Assembly: GCA_036676495.1 (NCBI GenBank)
Contig: JAKFCT010000080.1
Coordinates: 89,277-153,276 of the forward strand
Source: Candidatus Sericytochromatia bacterium
GTDB lineage: Bacteria; Cyanobacteriota; Sericytochromatia; S15B-MN24; UBA4093
Length of the DNA: 64,000 nt
Direction: 5' to 3'
The position numbers were made by a program, and so were the translations under genes. Positions 27,418 through 37,622 of this stretch are shown here, in pieces; the stretch's first letter is position 1; each line of letters opens with the position of its first letter. The notes beneath the pieces were generated by a model. The model was not told the DNA's origin and did no database searches. It was given only the letters and a program-made list of their open reading frames with translations.

Positions 27418-28272
27418 ATGGAAATCTCGCGCGGCGAGTTGCTGCAGCTGAGGGATGTCATCCAAGGCTACTGCGGCATTCGTCTTGAGGAGAGCAAGCT
27501 CGAGTTCCTCAAGGACCGCTTGATTCCCGTGGCCCGGGCGCACGGCGCCTCGACCTTGTCGGCGTTCAGCCAGACGCTTCTCAAGGAGATGGCCTTCGGC
27601 ACCCTCAAGGCCTGGAACGACCTCCTGCCCCTGGTGACGATCAACGAGACCTACTTCTTCCGCGAGATGAACCAGCTCGAGTTGTTCAAGAACGAACTCT
27701 GGCCGGAGATTGCCAAGCGCAAGACCAACCGGACCCTGCGGATCTTGAGCGCGCCCTGCTCGTCGGGCGAGGAGCCGTACACCATCGCCATGCTGCTGGA
27801 CGAGGCGGCGGTCTCGCTGGCGGGATGGAACGTGGAGATCTGGGGGGTCGACATCGACGGCCCGGTGATCCAGAAGGCCCAGGCGGGCCTCTACCCGCGC
27901 TCGGCGTTCCGGGCCACGGACGGCAAGTACCTGTCCAAGTACTTCACCCAGGAGGGGGATCTCTACCGGGTGGGAAGCCGCCTGGCGGGCCGGGTCAAGT
28001 TCCGGCAGGGCAATCTCTTCGAGATGGCGAAGTGGCCGGGATTCTCGGCCTTCGACGTGATCTTTTGCCGGAACTTGCTGATCTACTTCGACAAGCCCAC
28101 CCAGAAGCGCCTCGTCGAGGTCTTCCACCGGTCGATCGTGCCCGGCGGGTACCTCTTGATTGGCCATTCGGAGTCTCTCTTGTCCCTGGAGGTGGACTTC
28201 ATGCTGCGATCCAACAAGCAGGCCATCTACTACGAAGCCCTCGACACGTCGCGGACGGTCCGTCATGGGTAG
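27418..28272 (+). CDS. cheR: Protein-glutamate O-methyltransferase, copy 2
   Basis: TINETYFFRE, SAPCSSGEEPYT, DVIFCRNLLIYF, GHSESL. Confidence 0.92.
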   Translation: MEISRGELLQLRDVIQGYCGIRLEESKLEFLKDRLIPVARAHGASTLSAFSQTLLKEMAFGTLKAWNDLLPLVTINETYFFREMNQLELFKNELWPEIAKRKTNRTLRILSAPCSSGEEPYTIAMLLDEAAVSLAGWNVEIWGVDIDGPVIQKAQAGLYPRSAFRATDGKYLSKYFTQEGDLYRVGSRLAGRVKFRQGNLFEMAKWPGFSAFDVIFCRNLLIYFDKPTQKRLVEVFHRSIVPGGYLLIGHSESLLSLEVDFMLRSNKQAIYYEALDTSRTVRHG

Positions 28273-29323
28273 GCCGGTCAAGGTCCTGGTGGTGGACGAC
28301 TCGCCCTTCATGCGGCGGGCCATCACCCGGATGATCACGTCGGAGCCCGGCTTCGAGATTGTCGGGCAAGCCACCAACGGCGCGGAGGCGATCGCCCTCA
28401 TTGCCGAGCTGCGCCCCGACGTCGTCACCATGGACATCGAGATGCCCGTCATGGACGGCTTGACCGCCCTGAAGCGCATCATGGCCGAGCGCCCCCTGCC
28501 CATCATCATGATGAGCACGCTCACCCAGAGCGGCTCCTCGGAGACCCTGCAGGCCCTGGAGCTGGGCGCCTTCGACTTCGTCCCGAAGCCCGAGTCCTCC
28601 ATGCTCGACGTCTTCACCGTCCAGCATGAGCTCACCTCCAAGATCAAGGAGGCGAGCCGTCCGCGCCGGACCGGCCCGCTGCCTCCGATGCCCCCCGTGC
28701 CCACCGCGATCCCGCCCAAGATCGGCGAGCCCCGCGGGACCCAGCGGATCGAGCTGGTGGCGATCGGGATCTCCACCGGAGGCCCCCCGGCCCTCCAGGC
28801 GGTCCTGCCCCAGCTGCCCTCGGATTTCCCGGTGCCGGTCCTGGTGGTCCAGCACATGCCGCCCGGCTTCACGAAATCCCTGGCCGAGCGCCTCGACAAG
28901 CTCTCCTGCGTCCGGGTCAAGGAAGCCGAGCAAGGCGAGAAGTTGGAGGCGGGAACCGTCTACATCGCGCCGGCCGGCTGGCACCTGACCGTGAAGTCGG
29001 ATTCGCGCGGCTCGTTCGTCCAGCTGATCGATTCCTCGGATTCCAAGACCTGGCACAAGCCCTCGGTGGACGTGATGATGGCCTCGGTGGCCATGACCTA
29101 CGGCTCGCGGGCGCTCGGCCTGATCATGACCGGCATGGGCAACGACGGCACGGCCGGAGCGGGCGCCATGAAGCGGGCCGGATCCCCAATCTGGGCCCAG
29201 GACGAGGAGACCTGCGTGGTCTACGGCATGCCCCGGGCCGTCTTCGAGTCCGGAGTGGTCGACAAGGTCCTGCCGCTGCCGCGGATCGCCGCGGAACTCA
29301 CGCGGATCTTCCGCCCCAACTAG
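28265..29323 (+). CDS. cheB: Chemotaxis response regulator methylesterase
   Basis: Receiver domain plus ISTGGP, QHMP, PSVD, TGMGNDG, VVYGMP; start ATG 28265. Confidence 0.95.
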   Translation: MGRPVKVLVVDDSPFMRRAITRMITSEPGFEIVGQATNGAEAIALIAELRPDVVTMDIEMPVMDGLTALKRIMAERPLPIIMMSTLTQSGSSETLQALELGAFDFVPKPESSMLDVFTVQHELTSKIKEASRPRRTGPLPPMPPVPTAIPPKIGEPRGTQRIELVAIGISTGGPPALQAVLPQLPSDFPVPVLVVQHMPPGFTKSLAERLDKLSCVRVKEAEQGEKLEAGTVYIAPAGWHLTVKSDSRGSFVQLIDSSDSKTWHKPSVDVMMASVAMTYGSRALGLIMTGMGNDGTAGAGAMKRAGSPIWAQDEETCVVYGMPRAVFESGVVDKVLPLPRIAAELTRIFRPN

Positions 29324-29364
29324 CCCCCGAATTGCCCTGCGCGGGCCTTCACGAGACGCCGACG

Positions 29365-29402
29365 ACGGACGCGCCCCCCGCTGCGGGGGACGCGTCCGTT
29401 TG
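29365..29402 (+). terminator. Intrinsic terminator of the che operon
   Basis: ACGGACGCG...CGCGTCCGT hairpin followed by a T run. Confidence 0.7.
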
Positions 29403-29445
29403 AGCTATACTAGAGCGATTCGGGCCCCATCACAGGAGGATCTTC

Positions 29446-30342
29446 ATGTCGATCATGCGTACGCTGGGCAAGACCGGCGAGCGAATCAGCGCCATCGGCC
29501 TCGGCGGCTTCCACCTGGGCCTGCCGCGCGATCCGCGCGAGACCATGCGCATGATCCAGACGGCTATCGAGGGGGGCATCACCTTCATGGACAACTCCTG
29601 GGACTACCATGAGGGCGAGTCCGAGCGCCTCATGGGAGAGGCCCTGCGCGGGGGCTACCGGGACCGGGTCTTCCTGATGAGCAAAATCGACGGACAGACC
29701 CGCAAGGCGGCGATCGCCCAGATGGACCAGAGCCTCAAGCGACTCCGCGCCGATCACCTCGATCTCCTGCAGCTTCACGAGATCATTCGCATGGACGATC
29801 CCGAGCGGGTCTTCGCTCCCGGCGGAGCCATGGACGCCCTGGTGGAGGCCAAGAAGGCCGGGAAGATCCGTTTCATCGGCTTCACCGGCCACAAGGATCC
29901 CGCCATTCACCTGAAGATGCTCTCCATGGGCTTCGAGTTCGATGCCGTGCAGATGCCCCTCAACCTGCTCGACGCCCAGTTCCAGTCCTTCGAGAAGCAG
30001 GTCCTGCCCGTCCTCGTCGAGCGGGGCATCGGCGTTCTCGGCATGAAGCCCCTGGCCTCCGGCAAGCTGCTGGAGACGGGCCGCATCAAGGCCTGGGACG
30101 CCCTGCGCTACGCCATGAGCCTGCCGACCGATACGGTCATCACCGGTTGCGAGACCATGGCCGACGTCCAGCAGGCCTTGCGCCTGCTCGAGGAGTTCTC
30201 GCCCATGGAGCCCGACGAGGCCGAGTTCTTCCTGAAGAAGGCCGCCGACCTCGCCAAGGACGGCCGCTACGAGGAGTACAAGACCACCCATGCGCATGAT
30301 GGGACCCTCCAGCATCCCGAGTGGCTGACGGCGATCTCCTGA
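29446..30342 (+). CDS. Aldo/keto reductase
   Basis: RTLGKTG..ISAIGLG, DNSWDY..GESE, SLKRL..DHLDLLQLH, GKIRFIG. Confidence 0.9.
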   Translation: MSIMRTLGKTGERISAIGLGGFHLGLPRDPRETMRMIQTAIEGGITFMDNSWDYHEGESERLMGEALRGGYRDRVFLMSKIDGQTRKAAIAQMDQSLKRLRADHLDLLQLHEIIRMDDPERVFAPGGAMDALVEAKKAGKIRFIGFTGHKDPAIHLKMLSMGFEFDAVQMPLNLLDAQFQSFEKQVLPVLVERGIGVLGMKPLASGKLLETGRIKAWDALRYAMSLPTDTVITGCETMADVQQALRLLEEFSPMEPDEAEFFLKKAADLAKDGRYEEYKTTHAHDGTLQHPEWLTAIS

Positions 30343-30466
30343 GCCCCCGCCGGATTCCTTCCTGGCCCGCGGCGGACGAATACCGTCCGTTGCGTGGTGC
30401 TGCCGCGGCGCGGATGGGCTAGACTCCGTCGCAACAGCCGCAGGAAGGCGCGAAAGGAGGCGGCGG

Positions 30467-31072
30467 ATGTTGGCGTTAGCGGATCGCTGGTGGGCCCCGA
30501 CGGTGCGGGGTGGCTTGGCCATCGTTTTCGGGTTGCTGGCCATTCTCTGGCCGGGCCTGGTGCTGGCGACGATGGTGATCTTGTTCGGGGCCTTCGCGCT
30601 CATGGATGGCGTGGTCGCCCTGGTGGGCTTGTTCACGTCGCGGGGCCGGCCGGCGGCCGAGCGGATCATGCCATGGGGGATGCAGCTGCTGGTGGGCGTC
30701 GTGGGCGTCGCGGCGGGACTCGCGACCCTCTTCTATCCGGGCATCACCAGCGTCGTGCTGCTCTCGTTCATCGCCGCCTATGCCCTGGTGGGCGGGGTGG
30801 CGCAGATCATCGCGGCCGTCCAGCAGCGCCGCCAGCCCGGAGCGGTGGCGCTGGGCGTCGGGGGCGCGCTCGCCGCGCTATTCGGTGTGCTGGTGGCCAT
30901 GCGCCCGGCGATCGGGGTCGTGACGATCGCATGGCTGATCGGGATCTTCGCCATCGCCATCGGGGCGTCCCTGGTGACGATGGGCCTGACGCTGCGGCGC
31001 ATGAAGGCCGCAGGGCCGCGCCTGGCGGCGACGTTCATGCCCGAGGCGGAGCGGGCCAGGATCGAAAAGTGA
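30467..31072 (+). CDS. HdeD/DUF308-family membrane protein
   Basis: WW...RGGLAIVFGLLAILWPG and about six TM segments; AGGAGG RBS. Confidence 0.85.
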   Translation: MLALADRWWAPTVRGGLAIVFGLLAILWPGLVLATMVILFGAFALMDGVVALVGLFTSRGRPAAERIMPWGMQLLVGVVGVAAGLATLFYPGITSVVLLSFIAAYALVGGVAQIIAAVQQRRQPGAVALGVGGALAALFGVLVAMRPAIGVVTIAWLIGIFAIAIGASLVTMGLTLRRMKAAGPRLAATFMPEAERARIEK

Positions 31073-31077
31073 AAACG

Positions 31078-31109
31078 ACGAGGCCCGGGCCAATCGGCCC
31101 GGGCCTCGT
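31078..31109. terminator. Hairpin between convergent genes; likely ends the nuo operon
   Basis: 14-bp perfect stem ACGAGGCCCGGGCC/GGCCCGGGCCTCGT. Confidence 0.75.
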
Positions 31110-31120
31110 GCTGCGGGACG

Positions 31121-32623
31121 CTAGAAGAGCGAACCCACCGAGCTGCGCGCGGCGCTCAACAGGGGCTCAGCCCCCGGGAAGACCGCCAGCAGGTTGAACG
31201 AGCCGATGCCTGCCCAGAGGATGGCGACCACGCAGATGGTGGCGGCAACCCGGGTCAAGCCGAGGCCGGAGATGCCCGCCCATTCGGTCTTGGGATCCTT
31301 CATGTACATCGTGACGACGACCCGGAGGTAGTAGTAGACGCTCAGGATCGAGTTGACGATACCGATGATGGCGAGCCAGGCGTAGCCCTGCTGGACGACT
31401 GCGGTGAAGAGGTAGTACTTCCCGAAGAATCCAGCGGTGGGCGGCAGACCGATCAGCGAGAACATGCAGACCATGATGGCCAGGGCGATCCAGGGGTACT
31501 TCTGGGCGACGCCCGCGTAGTCCTCGATGTTCACGAGCTTCTCGCCCTGCTTGGACAGGAAGGAGATGCAGGCGAAGAGGCCGAGGTTGGTGAGCGAGTA
31601 GGCGACCAGGTAGTAGAGGATCGCGGTGCCGGCGGCGTTCTCGGCGCTCGGCGACAGGGCGACCAGGCCCATGAGCATGTAGCCGGTATGGGCGATGCTC
31701 GAGTAGGCGAGCATGCGCTTGATGTTGGGCTGCACGAAGGCCAGGAGGTTCCCGGTGAACATGGTGACCACGGCGAGGGCCGCGAGCACCTGGACCCACT
31801 CCGCCTTGGCGGGCATGAAGCCCGTCTGCAGGATGCGCAGGAAGAAGGCGAAGGAGGCGGCCTTCACGGCGGTGGCCATGAAGCCGGTGACGGGAGCCGG
31901 GGCTCCCTCGTAGACGTCGGGCGTCCAGGAGTGGAAGGGGGCGGCGGCGACCTTGAAGCCCAGTCCGACCAGGGTCATGGCCATGCCGAGCACGAAGAGC
32001 GGGAACATCGGCTGACCGGTGGTGCCCAGCCACTGCGAGATGGCACCGAGCTCGAAGCTGCCCGTGGCGCCGTAGATCATGGCGATGCCGAAGAGCAGGA
32101 TGCCCGAAGAGAACGAGCCGAGGAAGAAGTACTTGAGGACCGACTCGTTGGACTTGAGCGACCAGCGGCGGAAGCCCGCGAGGGCGTAGATCGCCATGGA
32201 CATGATCTCGACTCCGAGGAAGAGCGTGACCATGTTGATGCCGCCCGCCAGCACGATCATGCCGGCGATGGAGAAGAACATCAGGGCGTAGAACTCTTCA
32301 TGGCCCATCTGCTCGCGCGGGAGGTAGTAGGTGGTCACCAGGGTGGTGATCGCTCCGCACGCGAGGAACAGGAGGGTGAAGAAGAGGGCGTAGGAATCCA
32401 TGGCGAAGTGGCCGTGGAAGATCGGTTCTCCCGAGGGCCCCGCGGCCAGCTGGGCGACCGCCACCCCGGCCGTGAGGACCAGGGCCACGAACGAGATCCA
32501 GCCCATGTAGAAGCCCTTCTTGTCTGCGGGAAGGACGGGGGCGATCAGGGGCAGGAAGAGCCCGAAGATCACCGTCATCAGCAGCGGAAGGATCTGGGTG
32601 AGTTGGTTGAGGTCAAATGACAT
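31121..32623 (-). CDS. nuoN: NADH-quinone oxidoreductase subunit N
   Basis: LKYF, GFKVAAAPFHSWTPDVYEGAP, KRMLAYSSIAH; operon order. Confidence 0.95.
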   Translation of the reverse strand: MSFDLNQLTQILPLLMTVIFGLFLPLIAPVLPADKKGFYMGWISFVALVLTAGVAVAQLAAGPSGEPIFHGHFAMDSYALFFTLLFLACGAITTLVTTYYLPREQMGHEEFYALMFFSIAGMIVLAGGINMVTLFLGVEIMSMAIYALAGFRRWSLKSNESVLKYFFLGSFSSGILLFGIAMIYGATGSFELGAISQWLGTTGQPMFPLFVLGMAMTLVGLGFKVAAAPFHSWTPDVYEGAPAPVTGFMATAVKAASFAFFLRILQTGFMPAKAEWVQVLAALAVVTMFTGNLLAFVQPNIKRMLAYSSIAHTGYMLMGLVALSPSAENAAGTAILYYLVAYSLTNLGLFACISFLSKQGEKLVNIEDYAGVAQKYPWIALAIMVCMFSLIGLPPTAGFFGKYYLFTAVVQQGYAWLAIIGIVNSILSVYYYLRVVVTMYMKDPKTEWAGISGLGLTRVAATICVVAILWAGIGSFNLLAVFPGAEPLLSAARSSVGSLF

Positions 32624-32635
32624 GGGGTCTCCTCC

Positions 32636-34204
32636 CTAGTGCCCGTCATGGGCCGCGGGCGTGGTGCCCTCGGTCTCATGCGCGGTCGCTGCGGGGGTAT
32701 GGGCCGGCGCCTGGGCCTCCTGGGCCGCAGCGAAGCCGGTCTGCTGCAGGAAGGCCTGCACCGAGGGCTCGACCTTGGACAGCACCGTCTGGGGGTAGAA
32801 ACCGGTCCAGAGGATGACCGCGGCCAAGGGCAGGATGACGGCGATTTCGCGGAGGGTGAGGTCCTTGAAACCCTGGTTCTCGGGGCGGGTGATCTCGCCG
32901 AAGAAGATCCGCGAGACCATCCAGAGCATGTAGCAGGCGCTCCAGATGACGCCGGTGGTGGCGATGATGCCGATGGCGTTGCTGGCCCCGTAGGTGCCGA
33001 GCAGCATCATGAACTCCCCGATGAAGCCGTTGAGGCCGGGCAGGCCCACCGACGCCATCGTCACGAAGATGAAGGCGACGGTCAGCCAGGGAGCGGCCTT
33101 CGCGATGCCGCCGAACTGGGCGATCTCGCGGGTGCCGCGCCGTTCGGCGAGCATCATGACCATCAGGAACAGGGCGCCGGTCGCCAGGGCGTGCGCCATG
33201 AAGTAGAAGACCGAGCCCGTGACGCCGTAGACGTTGAGGGCGAAGATGCCCATGACGATGATCGACATGTGCGAGAGCGACGAGTAGGCGATGAGCCGCT
33301 TGGCGTCGGTCTGCACCAGGGCGATCCACGCTCCGAAGATCAGGCCGAACATGGCCAGGATCATGATGAACGGAGCGGCCGTCTTGGTGGCCTCGGGGAA
33401 CATCGGGATCAGGAAGCGCAGGAAGCCGTAGGCGCCGATCTTGGCCATGACCGCCGAGAGCATGAAGGTCGCGGGGGTCGGGGCCTGGGTGTAGGCGTCG
33501 GGCAGCCAGCTATGGAAGGGCCAGACGGGCGTCTTGATGGCGAAGGCCAGGAAGAACGCGCCGAACAGCAGCCACATCTCGGTGGGGCTGTACGAAAGGG
33601 CGTACAGGGAGGGGATGTCGAAGGTCCAGGTTCCGTTCAGGGCGTGGTGCTTGAAGTAGACGTAGAGGATCGCCAGGAACATGAACAGGGAGCCGATGAG
33701 GGTGTAGACCACGAACTTGACCGTGGCGTAGACCCGCTTCTCGCCGCCCCAGATACCGATGAGGAAGAACATCGGCAGGAGCATGACTTCCCAGAAGACG
33801 TAGAAGAGGAAGAGGTCGCGGGCGACCACGGCCCCGAGCATGCCGCTCGAGAGCAGCAGCAAGGAGGCGTAGTAGCCGCGCAGCTTGGTGTCGACCCGGT
33901 TCCAGGAGGCGAGGATCGCCACCGGGGTGAGGGCCAGCGTGAGCATGGCGATCAGGATCGACAACCCGTCGACGCCGACATGGTAGGAGATGCCGAGGGA
34001 GGGCAGCCAGTTGGCCTTTTCAGCGAACTGGAAGCCGACCTCGGGCTGGAAACCGAACCAGAGGCCGAGTCCCAGCGCCAGGTTGAGAAGGCTGGCGCCG
34101 AGGGCCCAGGTTTTGATCACCGGCTTCCGGTCGGCGGGAATGAGCAGCATGCCCAAGCTCGCCAGGACCGGAAGCAGGATGAGAATCGAGAGTAGGTGGC
34201 TCAT
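32636..34204 (-). CDS. nuoM: NADH-quinone oxidoreductase subunit M
   Basis: GVDGLS, FYVFWE, AIKTPVWPFHSWLP, KRLIAYSS, LPGLNGFIGE. Confidence 0.95.
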   Translation of the reverse strand: MSHLLSILILLPVLASLGMLLIPADRKPVIKTWALGASLLNLALGLGLWFGFQPEVGFQFAEKANWLPSLGISYHVGVDGLSILIAMLTLALTPVAILASWNRVDTKLRGYYASLLLLSSGMLGAVVARDLFLFYVFWEVMLLPMFFLIGIWGGEKRVYATVKFVVYTLIGSLFMFLAILYVYFKHHALNGTWTFDIPSLYALSYSPTEMWLLFGAFFLAFAIKTPVWPFHSWLPDAYTQAPTPATFMLSAVMAKIGAYGFLRFLIPMFPEATKTAAPFIMILAMFGLIFGAWIALVQTDAKRLIAYSSLSHMSIIVMGIFALNVYGVTGSVFYFMAHALATGALFLMVMMLAERRGTREIAQFGGIAKAAPWLTVAFIFVTMASVGLPGLNGFIGEFMMLLGTYGASNAIGIIATTGVIWSACYMLWMVSRIFFGEITRPENQGFKDLTLREIAVILPLAAVILWTGFYPQTVLSKVEPSVQAFLQQTGFAAAQEAQAPAHTPAATAHETEGTTPAAHDGH

Positions 34205-34214
34205 CGGTGCATCC

Positions 34215-36242
34215 TTACTTCGCGAGGTGGAGGAAGTAGTACAAGAGGATCGCGAACATGCCCAGGACCATCAGGTACGCGTAGGAGCGGACCATGCCGG
34301 TCTGGATAACGCGGACGGCGTTGGAGAGGCCCGCGTAGGCCTTGGGCGTGCCGTTCACCAGGGAATCGAAGCCTTCCTCCTCCACGGACTTCACGAGGAT
34401 GCCGCGGGAGATCTTGAGAAGGGGTTCGATGAAAAGGGCCTGGATCATCTCGTCGACGTAGTACTTCTCCCGGAGGATCTCCCACCAGAGGGCCTTGGTC
34501 GGCTCGGTGGCAGGGGTCGGCTTGGCGTAACGCACGAAGGCGAGGGCGATGCCGACCAGGGCGATGCCGATGGCAACGGCCATCAGGAAGTAATCCGTGG
34601 TCGCCGAGGGGTGGAACAGGTGCGCGTCGTGCGCGGCGGGCAGGACGCCCTGCAGGGACGGCGCCAGCCAGGTGGAGAAGAGATCCGTGGGCAGGAAGCC
34701 GAGGCTGAGGACCTTGGGCACGCCCAGGAAGCCGACCACGACGGTGCCGAGCGCCAAGGCCATCAGGGGGAAGGTCATGACGAGCGGCGATTCGTGGGCG
34801 TGATCGTGGATGTGCTGGTCCCGCGGCTTGCCGTGGAACGTCAGGAAGAACATCCGGAACATGTAGAACGCGGTCAGCCCGGAGGTGACGAGGGCGATCG
34901 CGTAGATGCCGTAGAGCCAGGTCTGGTAGTGCCCGGCGATGAAGGCGTTGGTGAGGATGGCTTCCTTGGAGAAGAAGCCCGCCAAGGGGGGCAGACCGGC
35001 GATCGCGAGGGTGCCGATCCCCATGGTGGCCCAGGTGATGGGCATCTTGGCCTTCAGGCCGCCCATCTTCCAGATGTCTTGCTCCTCATGGCAGGCGTGG
35101 ATGACCGAGCCCGAGCCGAGGAACAGGAGGGCCTTGAAGAAGGCGTGGGTGAGGACGTGGAACATGCCCGCGGCGAAGATCGCGGCGCCCGCGCCGGCGA
35201 CGATGTTCTCGAAGTACGCGCCGAGGCCGACGCCGATGAACATGTAGCCGAGCTGGGAGACCGTCGAGTAGGCGAGCACCTTCTTGATGTCCGACTGGGT
35301 GAGGGCGATGGTGGCGGCGAAGATCGCCGTCACGGCGCCGACCGAGGCGACCACCAGGCCCGCGGAGGGGCTGATGGCGAAGAGGAAGCCCATGCGGGCG
35401 ACCATGTAGACGCCGGCCGTGACCATCGTCGCGGCGTGGATCAGGGCCGAAACCGGGGTGGGACCCGCCATGGCGTCCGCGAGCCAGACGTGCAGCGGGA
35501 GCTGGGCCGATTTGCCCATGGCGCCGACGAAGAGCAGCAGCGCGGCGGCGGTGGCGGCGTACGGGGTGAAGGCGGCCGCCTGCTCCTTGATTCCGAGGAA
35601 GTCCAGGGTGGCGGTGCCGTGGTTCAGCAGGAAGAAGAAGATGAAGAACATGCCGAGCAGGAAGCCGAAGTCTCCCACGCGGTTGGCGATGAAGGCCTTG
35701 TTCCCGGCGTTCGCCTTGGCGATGTCCGAGAACCAGAAGCCGATCAGCAGATACGAGCAGAGGCCGACGCCTTCCCAGCCCACGAACATGAGGGGCAGCG
35801 AGCTGCCCAGCACGAGCACGAGCATCGAGAACATGAAGAGGTTCAGGTAGGTGAAGTACCGGCTGAAGCCGCGATCATGGCTCATGTAGCCCACGGAGTA
35901 GACGTGGATCAGGGTCCCGATGCCGGTGACCATGAGGATCATCATGGCCGACAGGGGATCCAGGAGGAAGGCCGCGTCGATCTGGAGAGGACCGACGTGG
36001 ATCCAGGGGAAGACGGTCTGGGTGAGCGCCCGCTCGGCCTCGGGCAGGGCCCGGAGCTGGACGAAGAGGACGCAGGAGACCAGGAACGAGGCGAGCGGAC
36101 CGGCGACGGCGAGCGTCGTGACGAGTCCCTTGGGCGCGCCCTGGCCTTTATGGGCGAATGCGAGGGTCAAGAGCCCGATCAGCACTGCGGTGAGCAGCGG
36201 GAAGAGCGGGACGAGACCGATCAGTGGCGAGGTATGTTCCAT
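34215..36242 (-). CDS. nuoL: NADH-quinone oxidoreductase subunit L
   Basis: GWEGVG, NRVGD, GKSAQLPLHVWLADAMAGPTPVSALIHAATMV, HAFFKALLF. Confidence 0.96.
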   Translation of the reverse strand: MEHTSPLIGLVPLFPLLTAVLIGLLTLAFAHKGQGAPKGLVTTLAVAGPLASFLVSCVLFVQLRALPEAERALTQTVFPWIHVGPLQIDAAFLLDPLSAMMILMVTGIGTLIHVYSVGYMSHDRGFSRYFTYLNLFMFSMLVLVLGSSLPLMFVGWEGVGLCSYLLIGFWFSDIAKANAGNKAFIANRVGDFGFLLGMFFIFFFLLNHGTATLDFLGIKEQAAAFTPYAATAAALLLFVGAMGKSAQLPLHVWLADAMAGPTPVSALIHAATMVTAGVYMVARMGFLFAISPSAGLVVASVGAVTAIFAATIALTQSDIKKVLAYSTVSQLGYMFIGVGLGAYFENIVAGAGAAIFAAGMFHVLTHAFFKALLFLGSGSVIHACHEEQDIWKMGGLKAKMPITWATMGIGTLAIAGLPPLAGFFSKEAILTNAFIAGHYQTWLYGIYAIALVTSGLTAFYMFRMFFLTFHGKPRDQHIHDHAHESPLVMTFPLMALALGTVVVGFLGVPKVLSLGFLPTDLFSTWLAPSLQGVLPAAHDAHLFHPSATTDYFLMAVAIGIALVGIALAFVRYAKPTPATEPTKALWWEILREKYYVDEMIQALFIEPLLKISRGILVKSVEEEGFDSLVNGTPKAYAGLSNAVRVIQTGMVRSYAYLMVLGMFAILLYYFLHLAK

Positions 36243-36250
36243 GGCGCGGT

Positions 36251-36553
36251 CTATTCCTTCATCAGCTTGAAGTCGTCGACGTTCAACGACTCCTTGTTCT
36301 TGAACAGGAGGATCACGATGGCCAGGCCGATCGCGGCCTCAGCAGCGGCGACGGCCATCACCAGGAAGGTGACGATCTGGCCGTCGAGCTGCGTCAGGAA
36401 GCGCGCGAAGGTCACGAAGCTCAAGTTCACCGCGTTCAGGATCAGCTCGATGGAGAGGAACACGATGAAGATGTTCTTCCGGCTCATGACGCCTGCGGCG
36501 CCGATGGCGAACAGGATCGCGCTCACGGTGAGGAAATGGGACATGGTGAGCAT
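36251..36553 (-). CDS. nuoK: NADH-quinone oxidoreductase subunit K
   Basis: SIELILNA, VAAAEAAIGLA. Confidence 0.95.
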   Translation of the reverse strand: MLTMSHFLTVSAILFAIGAAGVMSRKNIFIVFLSIELILNAVNLSFVTFARFLTQLDGQIVTFLVMAVAAAEAAIGLAIVILLFKNKESLNVDDFKLMKE

Positions 36554-36562
36554 GGGAGCCTC

Positions 36563-37096
36563 CTAGATCCGACGCTTCGCGAGGATCACCACTCCGACCA
36601 GCGCAGCGGTCAGGAGGACGGCGACGGCCTCGAAAGCGAAGAGGTAATTGGTGTAGAGGTATTTGCCCATGACCTCGATGGTACCGAAGTCGGTCGCCAC
36701 CGGGGTGTTGGCGAGCGTCGCGTCCCCAGGCAGCTGCCCGAAGACGTAAAGGACGATCAGCAGCACCGGGGTCACGGCGGCCAAGGCCAAGGAGACTGCC
36801 TTGCCGATGTTCTCGTTGACCGGCAGGTCGCTTTCCTGAACGTTCAGGAGCATCAGGACGAAGGTGACCAGGGCCATGATGGCGCCGGCGTAGACGAGAA
36901 TCTGCAGGATCGCGAGCAAGGGCGCCGAGAGGAGGGCGTAGAGGCCCGCCAGGCCGATGAAGGTCACGATGAGCGAGAGGGCCGCCGGCAGGGGATGCCG
37001 GCGGGTGATGGTCACCAGAGCTCCGCCGACGGCAACCGCAGCAAGGATGCCGAAGAGGACGGTCTGGAGGCCGAGTTGAAAGGGGGTGGGTTCCAT
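36563..37096 (-). CDS. nuoJ: NADH-quinone oxidoreductase subunit J
   Basis: QILVYAGAI; FE near the C-terminus; operon order. Confidence 0.93.
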   Translation of the reverse strand: MEPTPFQLGLQTVLFGILAAVAVGGALVTITRRHPLPAALSLIVTFIGLAGLYALLSAPLLAILQILVYAGAIMALVTFVLMLLNVQESDLPVNENIGKAVSLALAAVTPVLLIVLYVFGQLPGDATLANTPVATDFGTIEVMGKYLYTNYLFAFEAVAVLLTAALVGVVILAKRRI

Positions 37097-37109
37097 GTCG
37101 TCGGGGCTC

Positions 37110-37613
37110 CTACTTCTGCTGAGACGGCCTGGGCATGGCCGGCTCGATGGCCATCAACTCTTCCTTGGTGATGACGAAGTCCTTGCGGTTCATGTCGGCG
37201 ATCGTGTACTGGCCCGAGTCCATGCGGATCGCGTCCACGGGGCAGGCCTCGACGCACATGCCGCAGAAGACGCAGCGCAGGAGGTCGATGTCGAAGGACT
37301 TCGGCGCCTTCTCGACGTCCGGCTTGCCGACGTCTTCGGCGACGATGTGGATGCAGTCGGCGGGGCACGCGGTCGCGCACATGAAGCAGGCGACGCAGCG
37401 GACCGAGCCGTCCTCGCGCTTGGTGAGGCGGTGCTTGCCGCGGTAGCCCGCGGGCATGTCCTTGGTCTGCTCCGGATACTGAAGGGTCGGCATCCCGCTC
37501 GGATGCACGAGGTTCTTCAGGAAGTGGCGAATCGTAATCCCCAATCCCTTCACGATCCCCGGCAGGTAGAGCCGGGTGGCGAGATCGCGTTGAGGACGAG
37601 CAACAATTTTCAT
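37110..37613 (-). CDS. nuoI: NADH-quinone oxidoreductase subunit I
   Basis: Two CxxCxxCxxxCP motifs; TLQYPE. Confidence 0.95.
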   Translation of the reverse strand: MKIVARPQRDLATRLYLPGIVKGLGITIRHFLKNLVHPSGMPTLQYPEQTKDMPAGYRGKHRLTKREDGSVRCVACFMCATACPADCIHIVAEDVGKPDVEKAPKSFDIDLLRCVFCGMCVEACPVDAIRMDSGQYTIADMNRKDFVITKEELMAIEPAMPRPSQQK

Positions 37614-37622
37614 GAGGCCCCC

